From Octopus bimaculoides (lineage: Eukaryota): a stretch of 64,000 nt of DNA. The notes under the pieces were generated by a model. It did no database searches. It was not told where the DNA came from and saw only the letters and a list, made by a program, of their open reading frames with translations. Positions 13,105-25,964 of the stretch are shown piece by piece. The DNA lies in NCBI RefSeq assembly GCF_001194135.2, contig NC_068984.1:33288894-33352893 (forward strand), written 5' to 3'. Position 1 is the stretch's first letter; each line of letters starts with the position of its first letter. The translations under genes were made by a program, and so were the position numbers.

Positions 13105-13290
13105 TTTCAAACAACGAGCTGGCAGAATCGATAGGCATACCGGCCAAGTTGTTTTGCGGAATTTGGTTCATCTTCACCTTCTAAGTTCAAATTCAGCGAG
13201 GTCGACTTTGTCTTTCATCATTCCGGGGTCAACAAAATACGTACACGTTAGACACTTGGGCCGATGTAATCGACTTAACTTTACACACCC
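13105..13290 (+). mobile_element. SINE family A copy
   Basis: CGAGCTGGCAGAATCG...AAGTTCAAATTCAGCGAGGTCGACTTTGTCTTTCATC...CGATGTAATCGACTT. Confidence 0.8.
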
Positions 13291-13944
13291 AATTTCATAT
13301 TTAATAATCTTGTGTTAAACTCTGAAAGCGTTCTTATTTTTATTATATTTTCATCCAGCTTACATTGTTATATATTATCATAAGATGTCAAATGGAGATC
13401 ACATCGATTTCAAATCAATCCATCAACATGGAACGGATACCAACAACAATTTCTGTATAATCTTCAAAGTTTCATAGCTTTCATTAAACGTCCTTAAGAG
13501 GCATTTTCAATTTTGAAGCATCGTCAGGCATTTTGAAGATAAACACTGAAACTTCGTTGATGAAGTGGTTTGATATTTGACAAGCTGTACAAGAGGTGTG
13601 ACTTCAATTTGACTGTAACAAAAATACTAACATGAAGTGTTTCCTTATATTCAGAGTGTTGAAATATCTGCTATCTAAATGAATTTTGGGGGGTAAACTC
13701 GGATTTTCATGCCACTACAATAACTATCAATTCTACTCTTAATATTCACTCTTTCTTTACATCATGCGATAAACTTTCTATATACTCCAGCAGATCTGTT
13801 TGCTCATAGTCGGATGCTCTTAGACCATCCGTACGAGTGGACTGATACATAAGTGCATATATGATTGTATACGTGTGGGTACATACATTATTCTCACTGC
13901 ATATACCTTAGTAATTATCAATTTAATGTTTATCAGTTGGTATA

Positions 13945-14160
13945 AGGCGGCGAGCTGACGTATTCGTTATCACATAGGGAAAAAGCTAAGCAGCATTTCT
14001 TGCGACTTTACGTTCTCAATTCAAATACCGATGTGGTGGACGTGCCTTGCATCATTTCGAGGGTCGTCAAAATGCAAACCGTTGTGCACTGGTGTCCATT
14101 TAATCGACTTACATCTCCCACTCCCCGATATTGCTGGACGCGTGTGCCAAAAGTTGAAAC
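13945..14160 (+). mobile_element. SINE family A copy (diverged, near full length)
   Basis: GGCGGCGAGCTG...GCTAAGCAGCATTTC...TTCAAATACCG...TTAATCGACTTAC...GTGCCAAAAGTTGAAAC. Confidence 0.8.
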
Positions 14161-14290
14161 CAATATTATTTATTGATATTACTGCCTGTCATATTTGTTA
14201 TATTTTATTTTCATAATTACTTTCCCTTTTATGTCCATTTGCTCTCGACTGTTACCTTTTCTTTGTATTTTCATTTTGTTCCTCATTAAG

Positions 14291-14394
14291 GACACGACCA
14301 GTTTTCATATAGGATGGAATATACGCCGTCTGGCATTTTCACCCAAGGACGCACCACTGAGGAACATGTTTATTATGAATTTACAGCCTATCAA
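14291..14394 (+). CDS. Candidate internal exon (phase 1 to 0): HDQFSYRMEYTPSGIFTQGRTTEEHVYYEFTAYQ
   Basis: Long pyrimidine tract ending ttcattttgttcctcattaag|, donor CAA|GTAATT, open frame, higher GC than the flanks, protein-like composition. No family recognised with confidence. Confidence 0.3.
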
Positions 14395-14462
14395 GTAATT
14401 TCTACGGTGATTGCATAATTAAATAAGTAACTAAGCGAAAAAATTATGTTTATGTCCGCGCA

Positions 14463-14493
<31 letters not shown>

Positions 14494-16440
14494 NNNNNNN
14501 NNNNNNNNNNNNNNNNNNNNNNNNNNNNNNNNNNNNNNNNNNNNNNNNNNNNNNNNNNNNNNNNNNNNNNNNNNNNNNNNNNNNNNNNNNNNNNNNNNNN
14601 NNNNNNNNNNNNNNNNNNNNNNNNNNNNNNNNNNNNNNNNNNNNNNNNNNNNNNNNNNNNNNNNNNNNNNNNNNNNNNNNNNNNNNNNNNNNNNNNNNNN
14701 NNNNNNNNNNNNNNNNNNNNNNNNNNNNNNNNNNNNNNNNNNNNNNNNNNNNNNNNNNNNNNNNNNNNNNNNNNNNNNNNNNNNNNNNNNNNNNNNNNNN
14801 NNNNNNNNNNNNNNNNNNNNNNNNNNNNNNNNNNNNNNNNNNNNNNNNNNNNNNNNNNNNNNNNNNNNNNNNNNNNNNNNNNNNNNNNNNNNNNNNNNNN
14901 NNNNNNNNNNNNNNNNNNNNNNNNNNNNNNNNNNNNNNNNNNNNNNNNNNNNNNNNNNNNNNNNNNNNNNNNNNNNNNNNNNNNNNNNNNNNNNNNNNNN
15001 NNNNNNNNNNNNNNNNNNNNNNNNNNNATATATATATATATATATATACATATATCTGTGTGTGTTTGTGTGTGTGTGTATACATATCTTCACACGCACA
15101 CAAAAGTTTCGAAAGGCTCAAGGGAGGACATAATGGGAGGTTTTAATCTTTGTGCGTGTAGAAAAGCGTCAGAAATTATCTACATGTTATCAATTTTCTT
15201 GTGTTCTTTCTTCTAATTCTATTTTTTCTCATGTTTCTTTCTCTCATACTTGTTTTCTGGTGTTTCAAATTTCCGGGTCTTGACATAAAATGTTAGTGCA
15301 TTTAAAATCAAATAAAAAAAAAAAAAGAAAGAAGAATTCAAGAGACTGTTGAAATTATTGTGTGATCTTACTTTGTACAGAAAAAAAAATTGATAACTCA
15401 TTCAGAACAAGAAATAATAAAAGCACGAATCGTGTAAAGCGTGCTTTGTGTATAAAGGTCGATGCCAAAAAGGAGAAAATAAATAGTGATACAAAGAAGT
15501 AGAACTAAAGAACTGAAAAACTAATATCAGATAAAACAGTAAAGTGGGCATCGATGGAATTGAATAGAGATGAACTGCTAGAAAATATTATGAGCAAGTT
15601 GAAGGTGATTGGAAAAAAGTTCAAGATACTACTGCAGAACACAGTCGATATCGTACTATCAAATATTGAATCTAAAATATATTAAAACAGATTTATAACG
15701 TGATTTAGTCCTTCTTAATGTTACAATTCACTTATATAACTTTGTGATTAACTGCTTTAGTTTTACTGTTATTTACTTCTTTTATTTCTTTTTAAGTTCT
15801 TTAACAAAGATGTGCACTATAGATAAGAAGTTTAAGAGTATCGCACGTGTTAAGTACTTGACTTCATGGGCAAAAGAATTTATTTTGACACTTGCTAGTA
15901 GGATGCTCAAAGCATTTTAATCTATTATTCATAGCACAGAGAAATCGAGTAACTATTTCACTCGGCAAAATTTAATTTAAATATACAATCAAGTTGAATT
16001 TGACACAGTATCTCTGAAGGTGAATCATTTGTTTGAGATCCTGTGATATTGCCGTTTCCGTGTAATATGAAACGAAATCACGTTCGTATAATATTACCGA
16101 CATATTCCAGAGTTAAGTATTCTAAACCAAAACAATGGCATTAATCACCGTAATTCAAGAACACACACACACGCGCACGCACACGCACACACGCACACTC
16201 ACACGCACACACATACACACATAATCACAATGATAAAAGATATAAAAATCAGTCAGAGCTAACGGAGGCATTTATATATGTACGTATATAAAATGCCTTC
16301 GAATTTTCATAAGGGAATGAGATGAAAGACTTGTTAATTCATCTAATCTTCTTTGTGTGTGTTGCTATTGGTGAATCGACATCCGATTGATATATATGCA
16401 TACGTACGTATATACATGCATGCATTCATACATACAGCCG

Positions 16441-16700
16441 TAACTACTTGCCTACCTACCTACATACCTACCTAGGTACCTACCTACCTACCCACCTCCC
16501 TAGGTGCCTACCTACCTACCTACCTACCTATATACATACATACATACATACATACGTACACACATACCTACCGACCTTGTTACCTACCTACCTACCAACA
16601 AACATACATACATACATACAACATACTTGCGTACATACATATATATACACACATACGTACGTACATACATATGTATGTATGCACGTACGTACATAAATAC
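16441..16700. repeat. Compound (TACC)n/(TACA)n/(TACG)n tetranucleotide array
   Basis: Directly visible. Confidence 0.95.
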
Positions 16701-16709
16701 ATATCTCAG

Positions 16710-16754
16710 TTCAATAAATGGGAGTTAGACGGAAAATATGTACTGGAGATTAAG
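16710..16754 (+). CDS. Candidate 45-nt exon (phase 0 to 0): FNKWELDGKYVLEIK
   Basis: atctcag|TTC...AAG|GTATCA, phase-compatible with the 14394 donor. The acceptor pyrimidine tract is weak. Confidence 0.2.
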
Positions 16755-17448
16755 GTATCATTTGATAAATAGTAGGCTTTCCCTAAAATCCAGTGTGATG
16801 TCTGATGAATCAAGCAATATCTATGAAAGCCTGCATCTCTCAATACAACAACTAAACTCATTAGGGTTAGTCAGATGCATTGTATGGATATGTTGTAGTT
16901 CAGAAATATTAATAACTGCAGTGCATAAAGAAATGGTGATAACATAATCCCGACAAGTTAACTAGGGAGCAACTACTCCGCAGCAAGTGTAATGTGAGGT
17001 GTTAATTTGATTTCTGCAACTTTTAGAATAGGTAAGAAAAAAAAAAAGGAATTTGTTTTGGGTTCTTGTGAAGTAAAGTATGGCGTTATTGGTGATGGTT
17101 TATTTTATGAAAATACGAAATTGTTCTTTTCTACACTCTGAGCTAAAACCGAAAACAAAATGGAATATTAGAAATAAAAATGAAAAAATTGCCAAGACAC
17201 TAATCATTTCCTGTCTGAATTAGGTTCCAAATTTTTATTTCCTTCTACGTAGATCTTTTAATGTTAGGAAATGGTGTAGAAATGGGAGTGTTATGTTTTA
17301 AAATGTTTAAGGAAACGACACGTTAAATATATAAATCTATGAAATATCGCATGCATATGTGTGCGTGTGTTTTTGTGTGTATGGTTACATATATCTATGT
17401 GTGTGTATGTATGTATATGTGTGTGAATATGTATATATATATGTACAA

Positions 17449-17479
<31 letters not shown>

Positions 17480-17614
17480 ACTTTTATANNNNNNNNNNNN
17501 NNNNNNNNNNNNNNNNNNNNNNNNNNNNNNNNTATATATATATATATATATGTACATGTATGTAGGTATGTATGTATATGTATGTATATATACCATACTA
17601 TTTCCAAGTTATTT

Positions 17615-19122
17615 CGTTTATTATGGCGATATCACTTCTAATTTCATTTTAGCACTTATATTTCTGATTTTCACTTTCACAAATTTCCTCATCGTTATAT
17701 TACCAATTTCTTCCGATGACATACTATTTATATATTTTCCTTTCTTCTGACGTTTTATCATCTTCATTATACAGTGCGTCTTTATATGTCCGATATTACC
17801 ACAACTAAAGCACTCAGTTTTCCTGAAGTGTGTATCTCCACATGCAAAACATGGGTTTATTTCCTGATTTTTGTCGTGAATTTTTAGTAAACACTTTATC
17901 TCTATTCTGATTATTTTGCATTTGCTTTACTTGGAAATAAACTTACTTTCAATTCAAGCATCTTAATTTCACTATCCTTTCACATTCTTCTGAAACTTGC
18001 TGTTCGGTTACATCCTCGTTTAGTTCCAGCTTTGCGAGAATTCTAGTTCTAACATTTGCGTCCTTTTCGGCAGTAATTCCCTGAGCAAAACTCACGTATT
18101 TAAACATATCTGACGTTTATTCGTCCCGCTTAAATGGCTCGCATCCCTTATTTACTCTACGAGCGTATATGATGTAGTCCTCCTCATTGTTTTTCTTTAT
18201 GTTCAGACACTTCCGTCGGGTGTTCAACAATGAGCTTTTTACATTGAAAATTTTGCACAATGCATCTATTGTGTCATTAAAGTTTACGTCCGAAGGTTTT
18301 CTTGGAAGTAAATAATTACTTTATCATTCATGTCCTGTTGCCGCCGCCAGTTTTCTCAAGATTAAGCGCGTTTTCATCTTGTCGTCTCAGTCTTTACGTT
18401 CATTCTCTTGGATTTGCTTATATATTCTTCAGTATGCTTCGTATGTAACTCCTTCTTCATGTTCGTATCTCAACTTTGTTACGGAGTTCGCGATACATTG
18501 TAACGAGAACACTTTTTTCTGAAGTTCCTAACGACTTCATTAATTGCAGCATTTTTTGCTGTAATAGTAATTATTGTTGTTGTTGTACTTTCAATTGTTG
18601 TTGCTTCAGCTGTTGTTCTGGAAGTTGTAGCTGGTACTATGGTCGTTCTTCTAGTTGCTATTGTTGCTGTGTTTGCAACTCGAGCAAACCAGCCAAGAAA
18701 TTTTCTATAATTTTACGAATTTTTTCCGTAAAATTCGCACAACAAAAACTTGGTGAGTTTGTTAACCTCTCGTAAGTTGTTAATTCATCGTTAAGTTTAT
18801 GAACTCCACGTGAGTTGCTTCAAACCTCATCGTGTCTATTAATTCCTCGTGAGTTGTTTAAATCCTTGTCGCCAATGTTTAATCCTTAAAATTTTGGGAT
18901 TGTTATAACGCCCATGTTGGTATGCAGTACTACGTACTCCGGTGCTTCACGTACTTCTCTTTACTTATAGTGACTAGTTTATTCCATTCATTACGTGCGA
19001 TGGGGGTACCATTATTACTAATTCCCTACAACAATATATCAATATATTACCGACGTCACAAGGGTGTTTGCGATAGTGAGTCATACGTAGCTATGCCTGT
19101 GGTGTAATTATATTGATCAACA
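17615..19122 (-). mobile_element. Ty3/Gypsy LTR retrotransposon remnant: 5' LTR, PBS, decayed gag and start of protease
   Basis: Putative LTR 19122-18876 (minus strand TGTTG...AAACA), followed at once by PBS-like TTGGCGACAAG. The gag has a Q-rich N-terminus, then RYEHEEGVTYEAY*...KMKTRLILRKL...SNYLLPRKPSDVNFNDTIDALCKIF. Zinc knuckles read CFACGDTHFRKTE-CFSCGNIGHIKTHC (intact CX2CX4HX4C). A degenerate (D)TGSDITII-like motif lies near 17630. Many in-frame stops. Confidence 0.9.
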
Positions 19123-19661
19123 CGCATTGGCCGTCCTCCCATTCCAAAGTGCAATAATTATAGATCTAATTCGCTTCGATATTTTTCTAACCTACAAACG
19201 TAACAAGATTTCATAGGGCCCATCTCCCCATCCCTAAATATTCTTACGTAATAACCATTTTTATTTCTCACCAGACTTACCACGGTAAGCTTAGGAAATG
19301 CGTATTCTTTTGGATCTTAGAAAAAAAAAATCTTAGTATGATTTAATATGTAGGCGTGTTAGCGTGATTGTGCGCATGCATATGCACTGTGCGGATATGG
19401 GTGTGTAAACATATACACATACACACACACACACACAGAAATACACATACACGCGCACAAACATATATGTATGTATGGTATAAAAGGTGCATTTAACAAC
19501 CTGTATTTGGTGTAGGGTTTAGTCGTATAAACTTATTTTGAAATACGTTTAGACTTCCTAAAGTATTCACACTCATGATCTAGCAGGTAACCTACTTCAA
19601 AAACCGCGAATCATAAATAAAGAATAACTTAAAGATTAGTTCATACACACACACACACACG

Positions 19662-19692
<31 letters not shown>

Positions 19693-20778
19693 GCACGTGC
19701 GCACATACACACATATACATATACATACACACAAACTCACTCACAAGCATATGCATATACAAGTATCCGTGTATGCATGTGTGTTTGAGGTTACAAACGA
19801 CAGTGAAAATTTCGCAACACACCGTTGAAAAATNNNNNNNNNNNNNNNNNNNNNNNNNNNNNNNNNNNNNNNNNNNNNNNNNNNNNNNNNNNNNNNNNNN
19901 NNNNNNNNNNNNNNNNNNTATATATATATATATATATGTATTCATATATATTGCAAATCATATAATGACCTGTGTGAAAATAGCAGAATTTGAAAGAAGT
20001 AATATTAACGTTTATAATCGGGGTACAGAAAATATATTTGTGGCGAAAATAGAGAATGTAATATTCATACCTTATTGATACGTATGAAAATATCCTTTAT
20101 CTATTTATTCGTTAGCATACTTTAATCTCTCCATCCATACACTTTTACTTTCTTCTTTTTGAGAACATCAAATTCTATTGGAATGCTTTTGAAGTAATTC
20201 TAAATTCATCTATTATTTGAAACTGAAAACTTGCAAGAAAGAGACATTATGCAAATGAGTTTGTTATACCAAGTTTCTTCCGAAATATATCGAATGAATA
20301 TGTCAGCAACAATTGCAGCAATAAAGCCGACGTCGGTTATATGGCTTTGATTGAGACACTAGCTTGTGTATTATAGAAAAAAAAATGCTGATTTTGATAT
20401 ATTCCTGGCTGTCTGAATGCCATTATTTGCGCAAAAATTAAAATAAAACGCAAACAAGAGTTTTCTATGTCACAGACTTTGTTCGGCAGTGTGGTTCAAG
20501 GAGATTTGTGCTCAATTTAAATATTGGCGAATAGCCATATCTTTTATAAGACTCGTTTCATTAAGTGTACTTGAGTATAATGATAGTTATTATTCTACCA
20601 ACCCACATATAATGGAATATAATGTCAATCTACTAAGGTTTGACATCAGAACCTAATGAAGCATAAATATAAATACTTTAACTTATTTTACCCAATCTTC
20701 TCTTTAACAACAACATCAACAACAACAGCAATAACAATAACAAGCAGAGGAGCACCATTAGCAGCAACAAAATTATTC

Positions 20779-20928
20779 TCAAATTTCGGCACAGACCCAG
20801 CAGCATTTGAGCTGAAGGCATCATCTTCAGACTCAACTGGTACTTATTCTATCGACCCGAATGACGAAAAGCAAAGTGACGCTTTAAGAAAGAAGAAATA
20901 ACGCCAGACGTTTTCTCCGGCGTGCTAC
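20779..20928 (-). mobile_element. SINE family A copy (partial)
   Basis: CAAATTTCGGCACAG...CAACTGGTACTTATTCTATCGACCCGAATGACGAAAAGCAAAGT...CCGGCGTGCTA. Confidence 0.65.
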
Positions 20929-20944
20929 ATGTTCAGCACTACTG

Positions 20945-21042
<98 letters not shown>

Positions 21043-21043
<1 letters not shown>

Positions 21044-22380
21044 GAGCAGTACAGTATATTCACTGGGTTATTTGCAAAAACTTAGACCTGCCCATGCTAA
21101 AAACTGGTGGGAACACAAACCACCTCCAATGCCTGAAAATTACCACATCTCATTCCTCTGGAACTTCACTGACATTATATTGAAAGACTTCAGACAAAAA
21201 CCATGTCACCTCATCGCTATGACTANNNNNNNNNNNNNNNNNNNNNNNNNNNNNNNNNNNNNNNNNNNNNNNNNNNNNNNNNNNNNNNNNNNNNNNNNNN
21301 NNNNNNNNNNNNNNNNNNNNNNNNNNNNNNNNNNNNNNNNNNNNNNNNNNNNNNNNNNNNNNNNNNNNNNNNNNNNNNNNNNNNNNNNNNNNNNNNNNNN
21401 NNNNNNNNNNNNNNNNNNNNNNNNNNNNNNNNNNNNNNNNNNNNNNNNNNNNNNNNNNNNNNNNNNNNNNNNNNNNNNNNNNNNNNNNNNNNNNNNNNNN
21501 NNNNNNNNNNNNNNNNNNNNNNNNNNNNNNNNNNNNNNNNNNNNNNNNNNNNNNNNNNNNNNNNNNNNNNNNNNNNNNNNNNNNNNNNNNNNNNNNNNNN
21601 NNNNNNNNNNNNNNNNNNNNNNNNNNNNNNNNNNNNNNNNNNNNNNNNNNNNNNNNNNNNNNNNNNNNNNNNNNNNNNNNNNNNNNNNNNNNNNNNNNNN
21701 NNNNNNNNNNNNNNNNNNNNNNNNNNNNNNNNNNNNNNNNNNNNNNNNNNNNNNNNNNNNNNNNNNNNNNNNNNNNNNNNNNNNNNNNNNNNNGCAAAAA
21801 CTTAGACCTGCCCATGCTAAAAACTGGTGGGAACACAAACCACCTCCAATGCCTGAAAATTACCACATCTCATTCCTCTGGAACTTCACTGACATTATAT
21901 TGAAAGACTTCAGACAAAAACCATGTCACCTCATCGCTATGACTACCCCAATCGACAAAAATGTATCTGTCAAGACCTACCAAAAAACGGAGCAAGTATA
22001 AAGGTATTGAAATAGAAATTGGCAAAATGTGAGACCCCAAGACTAAACCAATACCTGTTGTCCTAGGTGCCCTAGGAATGATAGCAAAAGTGGTTGATTG
22101 CTACCTAGTTCAGATACTTGCAAATTAAAAAGTGGCAGAATTTTTTTTTTAAATAGTGCGCATGGGAACTGCCCATATACTACAGAAAGCACTGCTTCTG
22201 TAATCTCAAGTGTTAACACCAAATTTTAATTTTCGTGTGTTTTCTTGAACATTCACTACAACAATAATTTGTGCAAAACCATAGCACCAACTTGAACTTC
22301 AAACTTGTTGCCACTTGAGGTCTCTGGCTGAGACTTGGAGTCAACTTGTACAAATGCAAAGCAAAAGTCAAACATAAAAT
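21043..22380 (+). mobile_element. RLE-type non-LTR retrotransposon 3' end with 3' UTR, interrupted by an assembly gap
   Basis: Reads QYIHWVICKNLDLPHAKNWWEHKPP...LWNFTDIILKDFRQK.CHLIAMTTPIDKNVSVK...IEIEIGKM*DPKTKPIPVVLGALGMIAK...IVRMGTAHILQKAL. Flanked by (ACT)n(AAT)n upstream and (AAT)n downstream. Confidence 0.9.
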
Positions 22381-22401
22381 AATAATAATAATAATGATAA
22401 T

Positions 22402-22464
<63 letters not shown>

Positions 22465-23211
22465 TATAATGATAATAATATTTTAAAAGGATTGACGTAA
22501 CTCCTCACAAAAGTAAACAGTCAAGACGAAGAGCGCGATTCGATTTTTATAGATATTTTATTGGTTGAACGATATTTCGACAGCAAGCCAGTCTTGTTGA
22601 GTTCAAAATAAGAAGTGATAAAAATTCAAAATTATTGTAATCTGAATTTAAAATATGAACGAGGGCAACCGGCGTCCACACGTTGACAGAATGACATCAT
22701 CAGTCTTTACGGTTCAATTTAGTAACAGCCGAAAAGAAAAAAAGACAGAAACAAAGAAGAAAAAAAAAAGGAAATAAAGACGAATATTTAATGAAACTCT
22801 TTTGTATAAATTTGATGATATTCTCCTGTCATATTATTCTTTCCTCCAGGGTGTGATATTAATAACCCGCAAACATATTTCTACTCATGCATTTTGAGAA
22901 TTAAAAAATATTTTCTGAGAATATGCATTTTCAAATCTTTTTCAAAATTGCATCCGTTTGAAGTTAAATGTTATTTTGCTTAACGTCATATTTTGCTTGA
23001 CGTCATATCTGTTCCCATTAAATATTTTTTGTTAATTAGTCTATTGTACAAGCATCATAAATCAAGTTGTGCTTCATGCATTCTGCTGCGTACATTAAAT
23101 GGGAATCTCTACATTTTCCACATTCTGTATAAATCATAACATTTCTGTTATGATTCCTGATGGAATTCACTTGACTCGTGTTGTTGCACAATGGGCAACA
23201 AGAGGACTTAC

Positions 23212-23607
23212 CTGTCTTGCGGCTGTATTTCAAGGTACAGCGTTCAGATATTCCAATGTTCGTTTCCTTAGAGTCAGGAAGAACCCGTGCCGCTCGAAAC
23301 ATTTCGCACGACCCATTGCCTCATTGCCGTAAGCTTACCAAAGCATGCTCAATATTTCTGCAGCAGACTCCAAATTTAACGCAAAAAATTTCACGTTGGC
23401 TCTTTCTTCCAGCTTCCTGTCCATGATAAAATTGCAGACTACAGAATATACGTGATCACCAAAACAAACAAAAACATTGACAAGTTGCGAAGTAATCACA
23501 GCAATTTCACTCGACACACTGCTTCATGAAATTCACTGCAAGCTCTCATTGTGCACGCAACCGTGTGCTGCAATCTGTTGGCGCAACGTTTTGTGCACAA
23601 CCTCATA
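23212..23607 (-). mobile_element. Mariner 5' fragment (TIR plus transposase N-terminal HTH)
   Basis: The minus strand starts TA-TGAGGTTGTGCACAAAA (TIR-like) and encodes MDRKLEERANVKFF.LN..SAAEILSMLW*AYGNEAMGRAKCFE. Confidence 0.8.
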
Positions 23608-24139
23608 CTATAGTATAACCTTAGAAAGTTTCTCATTATTCCAACCATAGTTTGTTAAGTGTAAATAAGAAGCACTTGAGAGTGAAAGAAATGGTAGTAA
23701 TTTAAAGTTATCTATTAATAATTACAATCTAATTTCACATTCCTTTGAAATTATTCAAAGCAGCCACAATAATGTCAGCATGATTTCTTAGGTTGCGTTC
23801 TAGTCACGCTGTTTATAAAAAGATCTTCCATTCTAGCTGTTTTAATTGATGCGTGTTATAACGGTGCTCCTTCGTTTAGAGATGGATATCAGTTCACCTA
23901 ATCACACAAAGCACATTTCATATGCACTCGCTCACGACCATTTGTCTGGCATTCGTAATCGAGGCTCCTGATTTTCTGTGTAAATATGCGTATGTGTTTG
24001 AGTGTGTGTGTGTGTGTAAGAGAGAGAGAGAAGGGAGAGAGAGAAAGAGAGGGAGAAAAAGAGGGAGAAAGAGGACTGTGTGTGTGTGCGCTTGTAGTGG
24101 TGTACCTATAGTCAGTTCAATATGTAACACAGTAAAGTA

Positions 24140-25900
24140 ATATAACCCTTTCCAAGGGCACCTGGAATTTTTTCTGTTCCTACAACACTATGCTTCCAGG
24201 TTTTCTCCAATCTGCAGGTTACTCTTTCATTTGCAGAATTAGGATGCAGTTTCAGAGTTTTATTTGAGTGGAACGTTATAGAATACACGAAATAGGCTTT
24301 ACCCTTCAGAAACTCCGTACCATGAAACCATTTCTTAACAGTATGCTATATGTGTCTGTATTGTGATTCACTGTAACCGTATTTGACATAATGATGTACA
24401 AGATCATTTGCATGTTTCCAGTAATCCCCTATGTCAGTACAAATCCGTTTAACCTCAAAAATTGGGATTTCGGATTTGACCACATCATTGATGTGAATGA
24501 TCGGAGCGGCGGTGGAGATAAATTTCCAATAACGTGGGCTTGCAAAATAAATCTACCACTATTCTGCTTTCAGAAAAGTTAACTTTTGTGTCAAAAAANN
24601 NNNNNNNNNNNNNNNNNNNNNNNNNNNNNNNNNNNNNNNNNNNNNNNNNNNNNNNNNNNNNNNNNNNNNNNNNNNNNNNNNNNNNNNNNNNNNNNNNNNN
24701 NNNNNNNNNNNNNNNNNNNNNNNNNNNNNNNNNNNNNNNNNNNNNNNNNNNNNNNNNNNNNNNNNNNNNNNNNNNNNNNNNNNNNNNNNNNNNNNNNNNN
24801 NNNNNNNNNNNNNNNNNNNNNNNNNNNNNNNNNNNNNNNNNNNNNNNNNNNNNNNNNNNNNNNNNNNNNNNNNNNNNNNNNNNNNNNNNNNNNNNNNNNN
24901 NNNNNNNNNNNNNNNNNNNNNNNNNNNNNNNNNNNNNNNNNNNNNNNNNNNNNNNNNNNNNNNNNNNNNNNNNNNNNNNNNNNNNNNNNNNNNNNNNNNN
25001 NNNNNNNNNNNNNNNNNNNNNNNNNNNNNNNNNNNNNNNNNNNNNNNNNNNNNNNNNNNNNNNNNNNNNNNNNNNNNNNNNNNNNNNNNNNNNNNNNNNN
25101 NNNNNNNNNNNNNNNNNNNNNNNNNNNNNNNNNNNNNNNNNNNNNNNNNNNNNNNNNNNNNNNNNNNNNNNNNNNNNNNNNNNNNNNNNNNNNNNNNNNN
25201 NNNNNNNNNNNNNNNNNNNNNNNNNNNNNNNNNNNNNNNNNNNNNNNNNNNNNNNNNNNNNNNNNNNNNNNNNNNNNNNNNNNNNNNNNNNNNNNNNNNN
25301 NNNNNNNNNNNNNNNNNNNNNAATAAATCTACCACTATTCTGCTTTCAGAAAAGTTAACTTTTGTGTCAAAAAATTCAACACTAGTTTTTGAAAAAGTTA
25401 ACGTAAATCTTATGTTGGACTTACAGCTATAATTTTTATCATAACAGTCACAGAAATGCAAGAAGTCAATTAAATTATTCTGTGATACTTCCCAGACAAA
25501 AAAAGACGTCATCAATGAACCGTAACCAAATTATTGGTTCATGAGGGTGAAGGGATTTGAATGTGTTCAGTAGCTGTGTCTCGAATTTCGCCATGAAGAC
25601 ATTAGCGAAGTTACCTGCCATGGGAATACCCAAGGCGCAGCCCCTCATCTGGTGATAAAATCCTTATTCAAATAATCTACAGATAAAATTTGATGGAATA
25701 CTTTTGTTTGAACTCGGAGGCATACATGCATTTTTCTTCCCCTTCATCGCGATCAATATTAGAATATAAGTAAGAAACATCCACAGTTAACGAAAAACAG
25801 TTTTCGGCACGGCCTCGGTGCTTCAAAAAATCGCCACGGCAGTTTATGACGGTATTTACATAGCAAAACATGTAAACCCTACAGAATCAGCACTCTTTCT
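24140..25900 (-). mobile_element. Penelope-like retroelement, decayed reverse transcriptase region
   Basis: The minus strand reads FSLTVDVSYLYSNIDRDEG, then G(C)ALGIPMAGNFANVFMAKFETQLLN, then IIWLRFIDDVFFVWE..QNNLIDFL...NIRFTLTFSKTSVEFFDTKV...VDLFCKPT. These are PLE RT motifs including (Y/F)IDD. Confidence 0.88.
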
Positions 25901-25964
25901 TACTGGTATGAACATCATCCTGAGCCAGTCATTGAAGGTAAAACTGTCACTACCTTCTAGAATT

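Noticed and set aside
18520-18700. Thr-rich mucin-like minus-strand frame
   Set aside because: It is the alternative frame of the CAA-rich Gypsy gag N-terminus.
19262-19292. Apparent 10-nt micro-exon (ctcaccag|ACTTACCACG|gtaagc)
   Set aside because: It is not a multiple of three, and the splice-like signals on both strands arise from a short palindrome CTTACC-AC-GGTAAG.
21074-21945. Exact 152-bp direct repeat (21074-21225 = 21794-21945) flanking a gap
   Set aside because: The copies are identical and each ends at a gap edge, and the LINE frame is continuous if one copy and the gap are removed. This is an unmerged contig overlap, not a biological duplication.
24546-25374. Exact 53-bp direct repeat on both sides of a gap in the Penelope element
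   Set aside because: Same contig-overlap artefact. The RT frame is continuous after collapsing.
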